The notes beneath the pieces are model-generated. The model had not been told where the DNA came from, made no database searches, and saw only the letters and a program-made list of their open reading frames with translations. Positions 54,214 through 63,234 of a stretch of 64,000 nucleotides of DNA are shown here, in pieces. Numbering within the stretch: position 1 is the first letter of the stretch; each line of letters opens with the position of its first letter. A program made the translations under genes and the position numbers. The stretch lies in IMG/VR virus record IMGVR_UViG_3300001473_000094, positions 4,310-68,309 of that record; one strand, written 5' to 3'. Origin of the DNA: a virus.

Positions 54214-55998
54214 ATGGACTTCGAAGAATACGCATGGCCAAGGGGAGGCGAGGGTGAATTGCTGGAGCAGGCCAGAAACGCTCTGGTCGCCTCCCTCGCC
54301 AATGATTTCATCGAAACGGAGCACGGTCGCAGGCTGGCTCCGCGCGGTGTCAGCCATACCAGACTGGCCAAGGCGATTGCGAACCGGGCCGTTTATGCCG
54401 TCGGCCGTGAGGCGGCCAAGGCTTTTTCGCATGACGGCACGAAAGAGCGGCGCGATGCGATGCGAAAGCTGACGGACGATGCCGCCGTAATCACGGAAGA
54501 AGAAGCCGCCAAGTGGCATCTGCCCGACGAGTCCGGATGGCCCCTCAGAAAGAGGCTCCGAGGGTCCTGCGTCACCGCGCGCAACAAGCTGACACAGAAG
54601 CAACTCAAGGCTGCCTGCCTTGGCGTCGTGCACCTGTCCCACATTCGAAGCGATGTCACGGAGTTCGACATAGACGAAATCTACAGCCACACGCTCAAGG
54701 TGATCGACAGCGTCGAGTCCAAGCTCAAACACGCCCTCAGGCAAACCCTCAATGCCGAGGGAGACGAGTCCACCCCCAAACCCACCACCACAGAGGAGAC
54801 AACCATGGGTGACGCAGCAAAGCTGGCCGGCACGGCCAAAGCCATCGAGGAGAAGATCGCGGGGGTCGACGGGGTTGCCCGTGGCCTGATCGATCAGAAC
54901 CTCAAGGGCCTTGGCCTGCCCGACCTCAAGGATATCGGCGACACGGTCAGTGCCTTGGCGATGGCCGTTGCCAGTCGGCCATCTGGCGGCATGAAGATCA
55001 CGCTTGGCGAGGCGATGAAGGAGGCCAAGGCCATTGGCGGAATGCCGGAAGGCAAGTGCGAAATGAAGACAGCGTCGGACGTGTTCGGGTTGACCGGCAA
55101 GGCGGCGGCACCCTTCAAGTTCGACATTCCGGTATGGTCTTGGGACAGTTCTCATCCAGATGTTCCGGAGCCCGATGAGGACTATGAGTTTCAGCCTCAA
55201 CTCCTGCTCAATGTGCTGACGGCACTCGTGACCAACCAGCGCCTGTGGATGTACGGCGACACGGGATGCGGCAAGACCACTCTGATCGAACAGGCCATGG
55301 CCAGGCTGTCTTACCCGGTGATCCGGGTGAACATGGACAGCGAGGTGACCCGCATGGACTTCATCGGCAAGCCCGACATCGTCGTGAAGGGCGGTCATCC
55401 GGTGACCGAGTTCACCGAGGGTGTGCTGCCGAGAGCGATGCAGATGCCCTGCGTCCTGCTGGTCGATGAGATTGATTACATCCAAGCGGATGTTGCCTAC
55501 CTCTTTCAGCCCGTTCTGGAGGGGCGGAACCTGACGCTGCTCGAAGACAATGGTCGTGTCGTGCAGCCGCATCCCGGCTTCCGCATCATGGCCACGGGGA
55601 ACACTCAAGGCAACGGCGATGACACTGGTCGCTATCAGGGAGCCAAGCCTCAGTCGGCCGCCTTCCTCGACAGGTTCACGTTGTGGTGCAAGGCCAACTA
55701 CATGAAGCAGGCCCAGGTCGAGCGGCTTCTGTCGACGAAGTATCCGGGCCTCGGAACCAAGGCCAAGGTCTTGGCAGCCTATGCTCATGAGCACTGGAAG
55801 GCGTTCTCTGCCGGCGAGGTACTGACGCCACTGAGCCCTCGTGGCCTGCTGTCCTGCGCCATGACCTACTCGATGTTCGGCGGACTCATGAGTGACAAGG
55901 CGGCACTCAACGAGGCCATGAGTGTGGCCTTCATCGATCGGGCAAACCCTGAAGATCAGGCCACCATCAAGGGCCTCATCACACGGGTCGTTTCGTAG
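54214..55998 (+). CDS. CobS/MoxR-like AAA+ ATPase with an in-frame N-terminal extension; second start at 54805
   Basis: GDTGCGKT, LLVDEID, RIMATGNT, QSAAFLDRF, LSPR. Confidence 0.88.
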   Translation: MDFEEYAWPRGGEGELLEQARNALVASLANDFIETEHGRRLAPRGVSHTRLAKAIANRAVYAVGREAAKAFSHDGTKERRDAMRKLTDDAAVITEEEAAKWHLPDESGWPLRKRLRGSCVTARNKLTQKQLKAACLGVVHLSHIRSDVTEFDIDEIYSHTLKVIDSVESKLKHALRQTLNAEGDESTPKPTTTEETTMGDAAKLAGTAKAIEEKIAGVDGVARGLIDQNLKGLGLPDLKDIGDTVSALAMAVASRPSGGMKITLGEAMKEAKAIGGMPEGKCEMKTASDVFGLTGKAAAPFKFDIPVWSWDSSHPDVPEPDEDYEFQPQLLLNVLTALVTNQRLWMYGDTGCGKTTLIEQAMARLSYPVIRVNMDSEVTRMDFIGKPDIVVKGGHPVTEFTEGVLPRAMQMPCVLLVDEIDYIQADVAYLFQPVLEGRNLTLLEDNGRVVQPHPGFRIMATGNTQGNGDDTGRYQGAKPQSAAFLDRFTLWCKANYMKQAQVERLLSTKYPGLGTKAKVLAAYAHEHWKAFSAGEVLTPLSPRGLLSCAMTYSMFGGLMSDKAALNEAMSVAFIDRANPEDQATIKGLITRVVS

Positions 55999-56136
55999 TT
56001 CCGACACGTCCACGGAGCGAGACGATCCACCTGCGGCTGGTGGTCCGCAGGTTGGGAGGACGCCTCGAAAGGCGTCCTCCCTCCTCACCTCATTCCATAG
56101 GAATGAGGAATCGATGCTCTGCGAAGCAGGGCATCG
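55985..56136 (+). other. Array of five adjacent stem-loops
   Basis: Stems of 8-12 bp (the first extended past a bulge) lie back to back between the AAA+ and VWA genes. Confidence 0.7.
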
Positions 56137-56175
56137 GAACCACCAACCACACCCACCACCACGGAGAACGAAAAC

Positions 56176-58110
56176 ATGACTGACAAGAAGGACGAAGACG
56201 CCAAGGGCGCCAAGGGCGCCATGAGCGGCGACCTGTTCGAGCACGAGATGGTCACCAACGCCAAGGTGCTTGGCCGCGAGACCGGGATCAACGTCGTCAT
56301 CGGTGGCGACAGGGCCGAGACAGACGGCAAGACGGTGACGCTTCCGTCTGTCGGCAACGCCAATGTGAGCCGCAAGGCGGCCAATGTGGCCCGAGGCTTT
56401 GTCAACCACGAGGCGGCAGGGCTTCGTTACACAAACCCCCATACCCGGCAACGCATGGGGGCAAGCCCGAACCACTCAACGTTCTTCAAGGCGATGGATA
56501 GCGTGCGTGTCGAGCGGCGCTTCTCTGAAACCTACGAGGGCAGTGTTGGCCAGTTCGAGGCAACGACCGATGCGATGATCAAGCGCATCGCCAAGACGAT
56601 CAAGTCTGGCGAAGTGCCGGCCAGCAAGAAGGCTGATGTCGTCCCTGCCTTGGCCAGCATGGAGGGTCGGAAGCTGACGGGGCAACACGTCGACAAAGGG
56701 GCGCTCGAAGAGGTCCGAAACTTCGTGGGCAAGGACCTTGCAGACGTGGCCATGCGTGTTGGCGAGGCTGCGAGCAAGGCGAAGTCGACGCTCGACATCA
56801 GCCGGTGGCTGGAGAAGTGGCTCGGCGATGTGGCCCCCGAGACAGAGCAAGAGAGGCGTGAGGAGCGCCGCCGTATGGCCGGTGAGGGCGGCAGTGGCCT
56901 TGGCGAGGGAGACGGCGAAGGCGAAGGCGAAGGGGAGGGCGATGACGGCGAGGGCGATGGCCCCATGGGCAGCGCTCCCTCAATCGGCAGCGACAAGGGA
57001 AGCTGGAAGCCCCCATTGAAGGCGCCGAACCTCTTTAGGACGGTCATGTCCGATGTTGTTGGCGAGGGTCTGCCGGTCGGCACGTCCGGCTATCAGTCGG
57101 ACAAGAGGGACGACCGCGTGTGGGAGGACTTCGAACGCTACATTCTCAATGCAAACCTCGTGTCCCGGAGAAACTACGAAGTCGGGCGTTCCAGTCCAGA
57201 CTACAGGAAAACCTATGTCCCCAAAACCAAGCGGGATATTGTTCGGGCCGGCCTGATGAACATCGAGGAAATGCGGCGCGAGCTTGGCTTGCCAACCCGC
57301 AAGATGAAGGGCGCTCTTGAGCGTGGCCTCATCACTGCGCAGCGCCGTGCTTGGCTGCGCGGCCAACAGGAAGGCGTGATCGATCCGAAGCGCTTGGCCA
57401 GCGTGATTACCGGGCAGAACAACTACCGGAGGGTGCGGGCTGAAACCATGAGGGTCGAGGCGGCCGTCCAGCTTGTCATCGACATGAGCGGCAGCATGAG
57501 CGGCGAGAAAGCTGTCGAGGCCATGCGGGCAGCGTTCGTGTTTGCGGATAGCTTGAGCAAGGTGAACGTGCCCATCGAAGTCGTCGGTTTCTATTCAGAC
57601 CGGGACCGCCATTCGGGTGCGGGATGGAGTCACCGGGACGGCAACATCGACATGCCCGTCTTTAAGCAGTTTACCGACCCTCTGCGCACCTCGCTGTGGA
57701 AGCTTGGCCTTGTCTCGCCAACGATCCATTGCCGGCAGGGCGGCAACAATGCCGACGGAGACAGCCTGCTCATGGCGTGGCGCCGGCTGCGCAAGCGTCC
57801 CGAGAAGCGCAAGGTAATGATCGTGTTCAGCGATGGTCATCCATCAACGAGCGGATGTGGCGATGAGTACGGCCACCTGCGAAACGTCGTGCACAACATT
57901 ACCGCCCAAGGCTGCGAGCCATTCGGTGTGGGCATTATCGATAGCGCGGTTCGCGGGTTCTATCCGGACCACATCGTCATCCGGAACGCCGAGGAATTGC
58001 CGGCCAAGGCCGGGGCATTCCTGCACCAGCTCCTGATGCCAGCCAAGGACAAGCAGAAACGATCGATCAAGGCGATGGGCGGCCGAGCCAGAGCGATGAA
58101 GGCTGCCTGA
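56176..58110 (+). CDS. CobT-like VWA-domain protein
   Basis: RGFVNHEAA, a Gly/Glu-rich linker, MIDAS DMSGSM, and RKVMIVFSDG.P. Confidence 0.88.
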   Translation: MTDKKDEDAKGAKGAMSGDLFEHEMVTNAKVLGRETGINVVIGGDRAETDGKTVTLPSVGNANVSRKAANVARGFVNHEAAGLRYTNPHTRQRMGASPNHSTFFKAMDSVRVERRFSETYEGSVGQFEATTDAMIKRIAKTIKSGEVPASKKADVVPALASMEGRKLTGQHVDKGALEEVRNFVGKDLADVAMRVGEAASKAKSTLDISRWLEKWLGDVAPETEQERREERRRMAGEGGSGLGEGDGEGEGEGEGDDGEGDGPMGSAPSIGSDKGSWKPPLKAPNLFRTVMSDVVGEGLPVGTSGYQSDKRDDRVWEDFERYILNANLVSRRNYEVGRSSPDYRKTYVPKTKRDIVRAGLMNIEEMRRELGLPTRKMKGALERGLITAQRRAWLRGQQEGVIDPKRLASVITGQNNYRRVRAETMRVEAAVQLVIDMSGSMSGEKAVEAMRAAFVFADSLSKVNVPIEVVGFYSDRDRHSGAGWSHRDGNIDMPVFKQFTDPLRTSLWKLGLVSPTIHCRQGGNNADGDSLLMAWRRLRKRPEKRKVMIVFSDGHPSTSGCGDEYGHLRNVVHNITAQGCEPFGVGIIDSAVRGFYPDHIVIRNAEELPAKAGAFLHQLLMPAKDKQKRSIKAMGGRARAMKAA

Positions 58111-58292
58111 TGGGCGCCCGAAAAGTGCGGCTGCACGGCGGCTGGTGGCGAGCCCTCAAGGCCAGAGGGTTCAGCCATGCAGAGGCAGTCAGTGTAGCGA
58201 GGCTGGCCAATGGACAGCGGCTCGGATCGAAGGACAGCGCGAAGGTTGTCCTGATCGGACTGGCCAACAGGCACAAATGGAGGAAGCCATGA
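58110..58292 (+). CDS. Hypothetical protein
   Basis: TGATG overlap upstream and ATGA overlap downstream. Confidence 0.45.
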   Translation: MGARKVRLHGGWWRALKARGFSHAEAVSVARLANGQRLGSKDSAKVVLIGLANRHKWRKP

Positions 58293-58876
58293 GCGACCAG
58301 AACGACGACGATGACAAGAACGAGGACGTCGATGATGTGGCGGACGCCATGCTCGACGGAATGATGCCGGCAAAGCCGAAGCCGACCTACGCAAGGTCCT
58401 CGAAGTGGGGGGGCGACCGGTACGAGAGGGCCTATGGCGGCAGCCCCTACGGTGAGGGTGATGGCTACGGCTACGGCCGAAAAATCAGCACCACAACAAG
58501 GAACGGCGGCACCAGAGGCGCCGCCGTCCACCCATCCACCACAGATAGGGCCGGCGGATATGCCGGCGGGCGAAGTCATGGCCAACAGGGCAATCAAAGT
58601 CAAGGGAAGCCACTGCGTGAGACCCTGCCCAAGATGTCCCCCGAAGACATCCATGTGATGGACATGAGCAGCCTGATCCGCAGGGCAGGCGAGGGCATTC
58701 TGAACGGACTGGAGACCCAAGGCTATGTCCTGCTCGGTGCATCCGAAAGCCTGATGGCCAAGGAGGTCATGAAGGCAGCTCTCGCGGATGGCGTCCGGAC
58801 GACCGTCGAGCGGATGATCGAGAACGATCTGATCCGAGACAGGTTCCACGACATCACGAACGAAGGAGGCGACTAG
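58289..58876 (+). CDS. Hypothetical protein
   Basis: SD GGAGG. Confidence 0.65.
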   Translation: MSDQNDDDDKNEDVDDVADAMLDGMMPAKPKPTYARSSKWGGDRYERAYGGSPYGEGDGYGYGRKISTTTRNGGTRGAAVHPSTTDRAGGYAGGRSHGQQGNQSQGKPLRETLPKMSPEDIHVMDMSSLIRRAGEGILNGLETQGYVLLGASESLMAKEVMKAALADGVRTTVERMIENDLIRDRFHDITNEGGD

Positions 58877-58938
58877 GTCACGCCGGCCAGCAAAGCTGGC
58901 CGGCGCTTCAAATCCACCACCACAGAAAGGGAAAGACC

Positions 58939-59643
58939 ATGAATACGAAGATCAACCTCGATGAGGAATTGACCGCCGTGGAAGTCGGCCGCGCCGAAGA
59001 GAAGGCGTTGGATGCCATCGGCGATCTGGAGCGATCAGGCGTCCGGAAGAGTTTTTCAAGTGCCGTTGCGCACGCAATGGTCATGTCGACCATTGCCGTT
59101 CTTGGCTCGACGGAGATTGGCGGTGAAGTACCCGCTGCGCTGATCGTTCTTGGCGGCGATGACGATGACAAGTCACTCGTGGACGTTTCGTCTTGGATGG
59201 CCGAGGGCGTGGAGAAGCGGAGTGCCTTCCGCGCCATCCTCAAGAAGTTCGAAGCCAAGAGCTACGTCCTCATCTCGGAGGCGTGGATGCTGGAGGGCGA
59301 CAAGGCCAAGGCGGTTGCCGAGGCGGCGGAAAATGGCGGCGGAGGGCCGCGCATCAGCGAGCGGGACGACAGGATTTCGTGCCTCATCCTTAGCGGGGAG
59401 GACAAGGAGTCCGGTGTGTTCTTCATGGTCTCGGCGCCCATCCAAGAAGGTCTCGGCACTCGCCGTGCCAGGTGGGAAGATGGGAGTGTCCATGTCTTCT
59501 CGGTCGATGACGTTGATGAGAACGGTGAGCGCGCCCAGCACTTCACCGGAAACCTGTTTGGCCTGTTCGAAGGGCTGGACGAATGGGACGAGACGGAGAC
59601 GCTGGAGCAGTTTGAGCTGCATGAAATGCGGAGGGCAGGATGA
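58939..59643 (+). CDS. Hypothetical protein
   Basis: CCACCAC leader; YVLISEAW motif. Confidence 0.7.
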   Translation: MNTKINLDEELTAVEVGRAEEKALDAIGDLERSGVRKSFSSAVAHAMVMSTIAVLGSTEIGGEVPAALIVLGGDDDDKSLVDVSSWMAEGVEKRSAFRAILKKFEAKSYVLISEAWMLEGDKAKAVAEAAENGGGGPRISERDDRISCLILSGEDKESGVFFMVSAPIQEGLGTRRARWEDGSVHVFSVDDVDENGERAQHFTGNLFGLFEGLDEWDETETLEQFELHEMRRAG

Positions 59644-60260
59644 GCGGGGATCATCTTGACTTGGCTGAACTGCTTCGCCTTTTGGGGTCGAAGCCTTCGG
59701 TCGAAGCCACGCGCGGCATGATCGGTCGGTACATCGAAGCGTGCCGTATGGCCGCCGATGAAATCACCTCCCTCCAAGACCGTCTCGAAAAGGCAGAGGC
59801 GGAACGCAAGGAGTGGTTGAACAAAGCCGTAGAATATCAGGGCTTCCACTCTAGCGTTGCTGGCGAGCGCAACAGAGCACAGGCACAGGTGGCGGCGCTC
59901 CGCTCGCTGGTAGAGGAATACTACCAGAAAACGCCGCTTGGTCACCAGCCTCACATGATTTCGCAGAGGGTTGAGGACGCCCTCTCCAACACCGCCCAAG
60001 CCGCAGCCGACCATGATCGGCGAGTGCGGAGTGAAGCGCTGATACCTCAACCAATCTCAACGGCCCCGAAAGACGGCACACCGATCTTGGTTGGCCATGA
60101 GCACGCTACGTTTATCGCGTGGTGGTGGCAGGAACACGAAATCGAAACCGAGACCGGAGCGCCGGGGTGGGTGAACAACGTCACCAACAACTTGGGAGAA
60201 CAAGTCGTCTACAAGCCCACGCATTGGGCGCCCCTGCCAGATCTGTCGGGGGGCAGGTGA
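59640..60260 (+). CDS. Coiled-coil protein with a DUF551-like C-terminus
   Basis: QPISTAPKDGTPIL...PTHWAPLP. Confidence 0.75.
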   Translation: MSGDHLDLAELLRLLGSKPSVEATRGMIGRYIEACRMAADEITSLQDRLEKAEAERKEWLNKAVEYQGFHSSVAGERNRAQAQVAALRSLVEEYYQKTPLGHQPHMISQRVEDALSNTAQAAADHDRRVRSEALIPQPISTAPKDGTPILVGHEHATFIAWWWQEHEIETETGAPGWVNNVTNNLGEQVVYKPTHWAPLPDLSGGR

Positions 60261-60263
60261 GTC

Positions 60264-60485
60264 ATGAAGACGGATGATGACGTAACCCGGCTGGTCGCGA
60301 CCACGCTCTCTCGTCTCGAACTTGCCACCGTCGATGCGCGCGAGGATGGTGCGGATGGCCTCATGATCTGCGGCGCCTTGGCGACAATACTCAACAAGCA
60401 GGCAGGGCTCGCCCTCGGCGAGAAGGCAGCAACGGCTTGGCTTACCGCAACGTTCAGCGATCCGGGCGAAGGGGGTGAGCCATGA
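60264..60485 (+). CDS. Hypothetical protein
   Basis: Coupled ORF. Confidence 0.55.
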   Translation: MKTDDDVTRLVATTLSRLELATVDAREDGADGLMICGALATILNKQAGLALGEKAATAWLTATFSDPGEGGEP

Positions 60486-61012
60486 GGCTGTCGCACTTCT
60501 CGGACGAGTTCGAGGTTCGGCCAAAGAACAGGGAGCCGTGGGACGACGGACCCCACTTCATGAAGCCGACTGGGTTGTGGGTCAGCGTGGACGGCGAGGA
60601 TGATTGGCCAAGCTGGTGTATCAGCGAGCGCTACAACGGGCTCGAAAAGTACGCTCACGAAGTGACGCTCAAGGAAGATGCCAACGTCTTGGTCATCGAG
60701 GATGGCAAAGGCATCGAGTCCTTCACGGAGCAGTTTGGGTATCAGCCCTACAGCGGCAGCACCTTCGTCTCTTGGCCCAGCGTGGTGACTAAATGGGATG
60801 GAGTGATTATTGCACCATACCAGTGGGATTATAGGCTAAGAGACGGGTTCTTTTGGTACTACGGGTGGGATTGCGCAAGTGGGTGCATATGGGCGCCAAG
60901 GGCAATCGAGTCTGTGAAGCTGGTCGGGATGACGAGTGACCACCCGAGCGTCATCCGGGCGAAGAGGGAGCGAGAAGACTGGGAGAAAGAGTATGTCAAA
61001 CGAACCGCGTAA
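60482..61012 (+). CDS. Trp-rich hypothetical protein
   Basis: KPTGLWVS...WDGVII...WYYGWDCASGCIW. Confidence 0.7.
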   Translation: MRLSHFSDEFEVRPKNREPWDDGPHFMKPTGLWVSVDGEDDWPSWCISERYNGLEKYAHEVTLKEDANVLVIEDGKGIESFTEQFGYQPYSGSTFVSWPSVVTKWDGVIIAPYQWDYRLRDGFFWYYGWDCASGCIWAPRAIESVKLVGMTSDHPSVIRAKREREDWEKEYVKRTA

Positions 61013-61265
61013 GCCACCGGAGATTGGCTCGTCACTGAGGGACACGATCCAAGCCGCCATCATTGGCGCCGTGTGCATCAGCGTGCTGGCCCTGTTCTTC
61101 GGGACGATGATGTTCAACACCCACAACTACACCAAGAGGGTCGAGGCATGCACCCGACTGAACATGCAGTGGGTCGGAGGGAACTGTGTCGACAAGGTCG
61201 ACGTCCCGGCTGCGCAGGACGTCGAGGAGAAGGAGGGCGAAGACGAACCAGAAACCACTGAATGA
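60993..61265 (+). CDS. Single-TM protein with a periplasmic Cys pair
   Basis: TM segment followed by C.......GGNC. Confidence 0.6.
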   Translation: MSNEPRKPPEIGSSLRDTIQAAIIGAVCISVLALFFGTMMFNTHNYTKRVEACTRLNMQWVGGNCVDKVDVPAAQDVEEKEGEDEPETTE

Positions 61266-61300
61266 GACCAACCCAACCAAACACCACAGAGAGAAAACCC

Positions 61301-62164
61301 ATGAAGAAAGCACTTGACCGCATCACCGGCCTTGCGGCGGCCAATTTCAGCTACGTCGTCTTGGCCATTATGGCCTTCCTGTTCATCTTCGTCATGCTCA
61401 TTGCGGCCAGCGCCAGCGATCAGGCGATCACCATCTACACCGGCAAGGAAGGCGGCGGCTACGCAGCCAAGGCCGATGAAGTCCGGCAGCGCCTCGAACA
61501 GCGAGGCGTGCAGGCAACGGTGGAACACAAGGCCGGCAGCGACGAAATCACTTTGGCCAGTTGTCAGGATGAGGCATCGATCTGGATCGCCCAGGAAGAC
61601 GCGCTCTACACTCGTGAGGTGAGGGACGGATGCCTGCTCGTGGACGTTGGCGTCTATGGGCAGGAGTTTGCCTTCCTGCTGTTTCCGCCGGAGAGCCGGT
61701 TGAGCAAGCTGCACAACCTTGGCGGCGAGCACACCGTGTTCGTTGATGGCCTTGGTTCCGGGTCCGAACTGTTCTGGCGCACCATCGTCGGCATCGAACT
61801 TGGTGACCAAGGCAACAAGAATGAGTGGGCCAATGCGCAGACGGAGACGGGCGACAAGCGGCGCATCCAGTCGCTGGCCGGCCGTGGTCTGATCGATGCG
61901 GTGGTTCTGGTTCGCACGCCCGGATCGCAGGACATTAAGCGGCTGCTGTCGCAGGGATGGAAGCTTGGCGAGTTCCGCGACAAGGACATCGATGACCTGA
62001 GCTACAACGGCCAGCCGCTCTACCAGCGGGAACGGGTTCGGGTCAGCTTCGATGAGCGGACGGCGCGGAATGATGTCTACGAAGTGATGAGCTTCATCGG
62101 CACGACGCCCGCTGTCGAGCGGGACGTTGAGTTGTTCGATGCGATTCTGAGCGCGCTTGAGTGA
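61301..62164 (+). CDS. TAXI/TRAP solute-binding-like protein
   Basis: Signal/TM segment, then ITIYTGKEGGGY, AGSDE, IAQEDA, YGQEFAFL and GSGS. Confidence 0.65.
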   Translation: MKKALDRITGLAAANFSYVVLAIMAFLFIFVMLIAASASDQAITIYTGKEGGGYAAKADEVRQRLEQRGVQATVEHKAGSDEITLASCQDEASIWIAQEDALYTREVRDGCLLVDVGVYGQEFAFLLFPPESRLSKLHNLGGEHTVFVDGLGSGSELFWRTIVGIELGDQGNKNEWANAQTETGDKRRIQSLAGRGLIDAVVLVRTPGSQDIKRLLSQGWKLGEFRDKDIDDLSYNGQPLYQRERVRVSFDERTARNDVYEVMSFIGTTPAVERDVELFDAILSALE

Positions 62165-62412
62165 TCGTCATGGCGCTTCGAATGCGAAAGCATGCGGACG
62201 CCATCATCGCCAAAGGAAAAGGCGAAGAAGGCGGGAGCGCAAAGCGCCTCCGCCTGATGGCGATCAACCGCTTCGAGGGTGCTGTTCTGGCGATAGCCGG
62301 AGGCACCGTCGGCTTGGACTTCGTGTTGCCGAGCATGGTGACCGGGATGCTGGACGAGTTGGTCCTGCTTGGCTGCGTGGCAGCCATGAAGTGGGCGAGG
62401 GGGAAAGGATGA
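62161..62412 (+). CDS. Small membrane protein
   Basis: GTGA and ATGA overlaps; LDFVLP...GMLDELVLL. Confidence 0.55.
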   Translation: MIVMALRMRKHADAIIAKGKGEEGGSAKRLRLMAINRFEGAVLAIAGGTVGLDFVLPSMVTGMLDELVLLGCVAAMKWARGKG

Positions 62413-62672
62413 AGCAAATGACACCGGAAAGAATCGCGGCCTGCAAAGAGGTGGGCATGAAGTTCGTGGATGAGTTCAACGTGAACAATGACACGTCCTT
62501 TCTCTGCATTGGTGTCGGGCTCAACCGTGCCGGGGATGACGCGGCCATCCTTGTTCTGGTCCGGACGGACGAGGACAAGCAGAAGCTGCCCGCAACATAC
62601 GATGGGATGGAGGTTATCGTTGACGTGGTCGGCGATCCCGTTGCCTTCGGCGAGGAGGGGGGCGGGACATGA
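62409..62672 (+). CDS. Hypothetical protein
   Basis: GVG...ILVLV...LPATYDGMEVIVDVVG. Confidence 0.6.
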   Translation: MKQMTPERIAACKEVGMKFVDEFNVNNDTSFLCIGVGLNRAGDDAAILVLVRTDEDKQKLPATYDGMEVIVDVVGDPVAFGEEGGGT

Positions 62673-62998
62673 TCTGGAAGCTGAAAAGACTCTGGGCGAT
62701 GCTGACTGAGGAGCCTGTCTACGTGGGGCGGGTGGTCGGGCAGTGTCAAATTGTGGAGGAGGGGAAAGCCGTAAGGGGTGGCCGGAGCGAGGTCATCTGG
62801 AACCTGTTCGAGACGCCAAGCGGGTATCGGACCTATCAGAAGGTGGGCCAACAGTTTGGTTCGGCTCATCAGCACGAGGTCAAGGCCCAGGTTCTCGCAT
62901 GGGCCAAGGGTGGGCCGCTGCCCGACGAGGTCGAGCGTGGACCGGAGCCTCTGCCGGACACCAAGGTCATCACGATTGATGGGGAGCGGGTTGGATGA
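62669..62998 (+). CDS. Hypothetical protein
   Basis: ATGA-coupled. Confidence 0.6.
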   Translation: MIWKLKRLWAMLTEEPVYVGRVVGQCQIVEEGKAVRGGRSEVIWNLFETPSGYRTYQKVGQQFGSAHQHEVKAQVLAWAKGGPLPDEVERGPEPLPDTKVITIDGERVG

Positions 62999-63183
62999 TG
63001 GGCACCTTCTGGATTTGGCTGATGACCCTGTCGGTCAGGCGGCTCTATGGGGAGCCGTGTCCCGACTATGAGCAGGGGTGCCCTGCCTGCGATGCTTGGT
63101 TGGTTGTTGACCAGATGAGGGAGGCCAACGGGATGAGTGTGCTCGGGCCGTATGAGTCGGCGTACAAGCCGAGGGTGGAGTAA
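62995..63183 (+). CDS. Small Cys-containing protein
   Basis: GEPCPDYEQGCPACDAW. Confidence 0.55.
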   Translation: MMGTFWIWLMTLSVRRLYGEPCPDYEQGCPACDAWLVVDQMREANGMSVLGPYESAYKPRVE

Positions 63184-63200
63184 AACCGAATAACCAAGCC

Positions 63201-63234
63201 AGCGGGCGACCTTCACGGGTCGCCCGCTTTTTTT
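63201..63234 (+). terminator. Intrinsic terminator ending the early operon
   Basis: AGCGGGCGACC / GGTCGCCCGCT plus a T run. Confidence 0.85.

Noticed and set aside
53863-56475. 870-aa minus-strand ORF
   Set aside because: Antisense shadow of the AAA+ and VWA genes in GC-rich DNA; no motifs.
56880-56960. GGCGAR-type tandem repeats
   Set aside because: They encode the Gly/Glu/Asp linker usual in CobT-like proteins.
48947-58925. CCACCAC repeats as Chi sites on the opposite strand
   Set aside because: Their strict position next to SD sequences and their co-orientation with genes on both strands argue for a role at gene starts.
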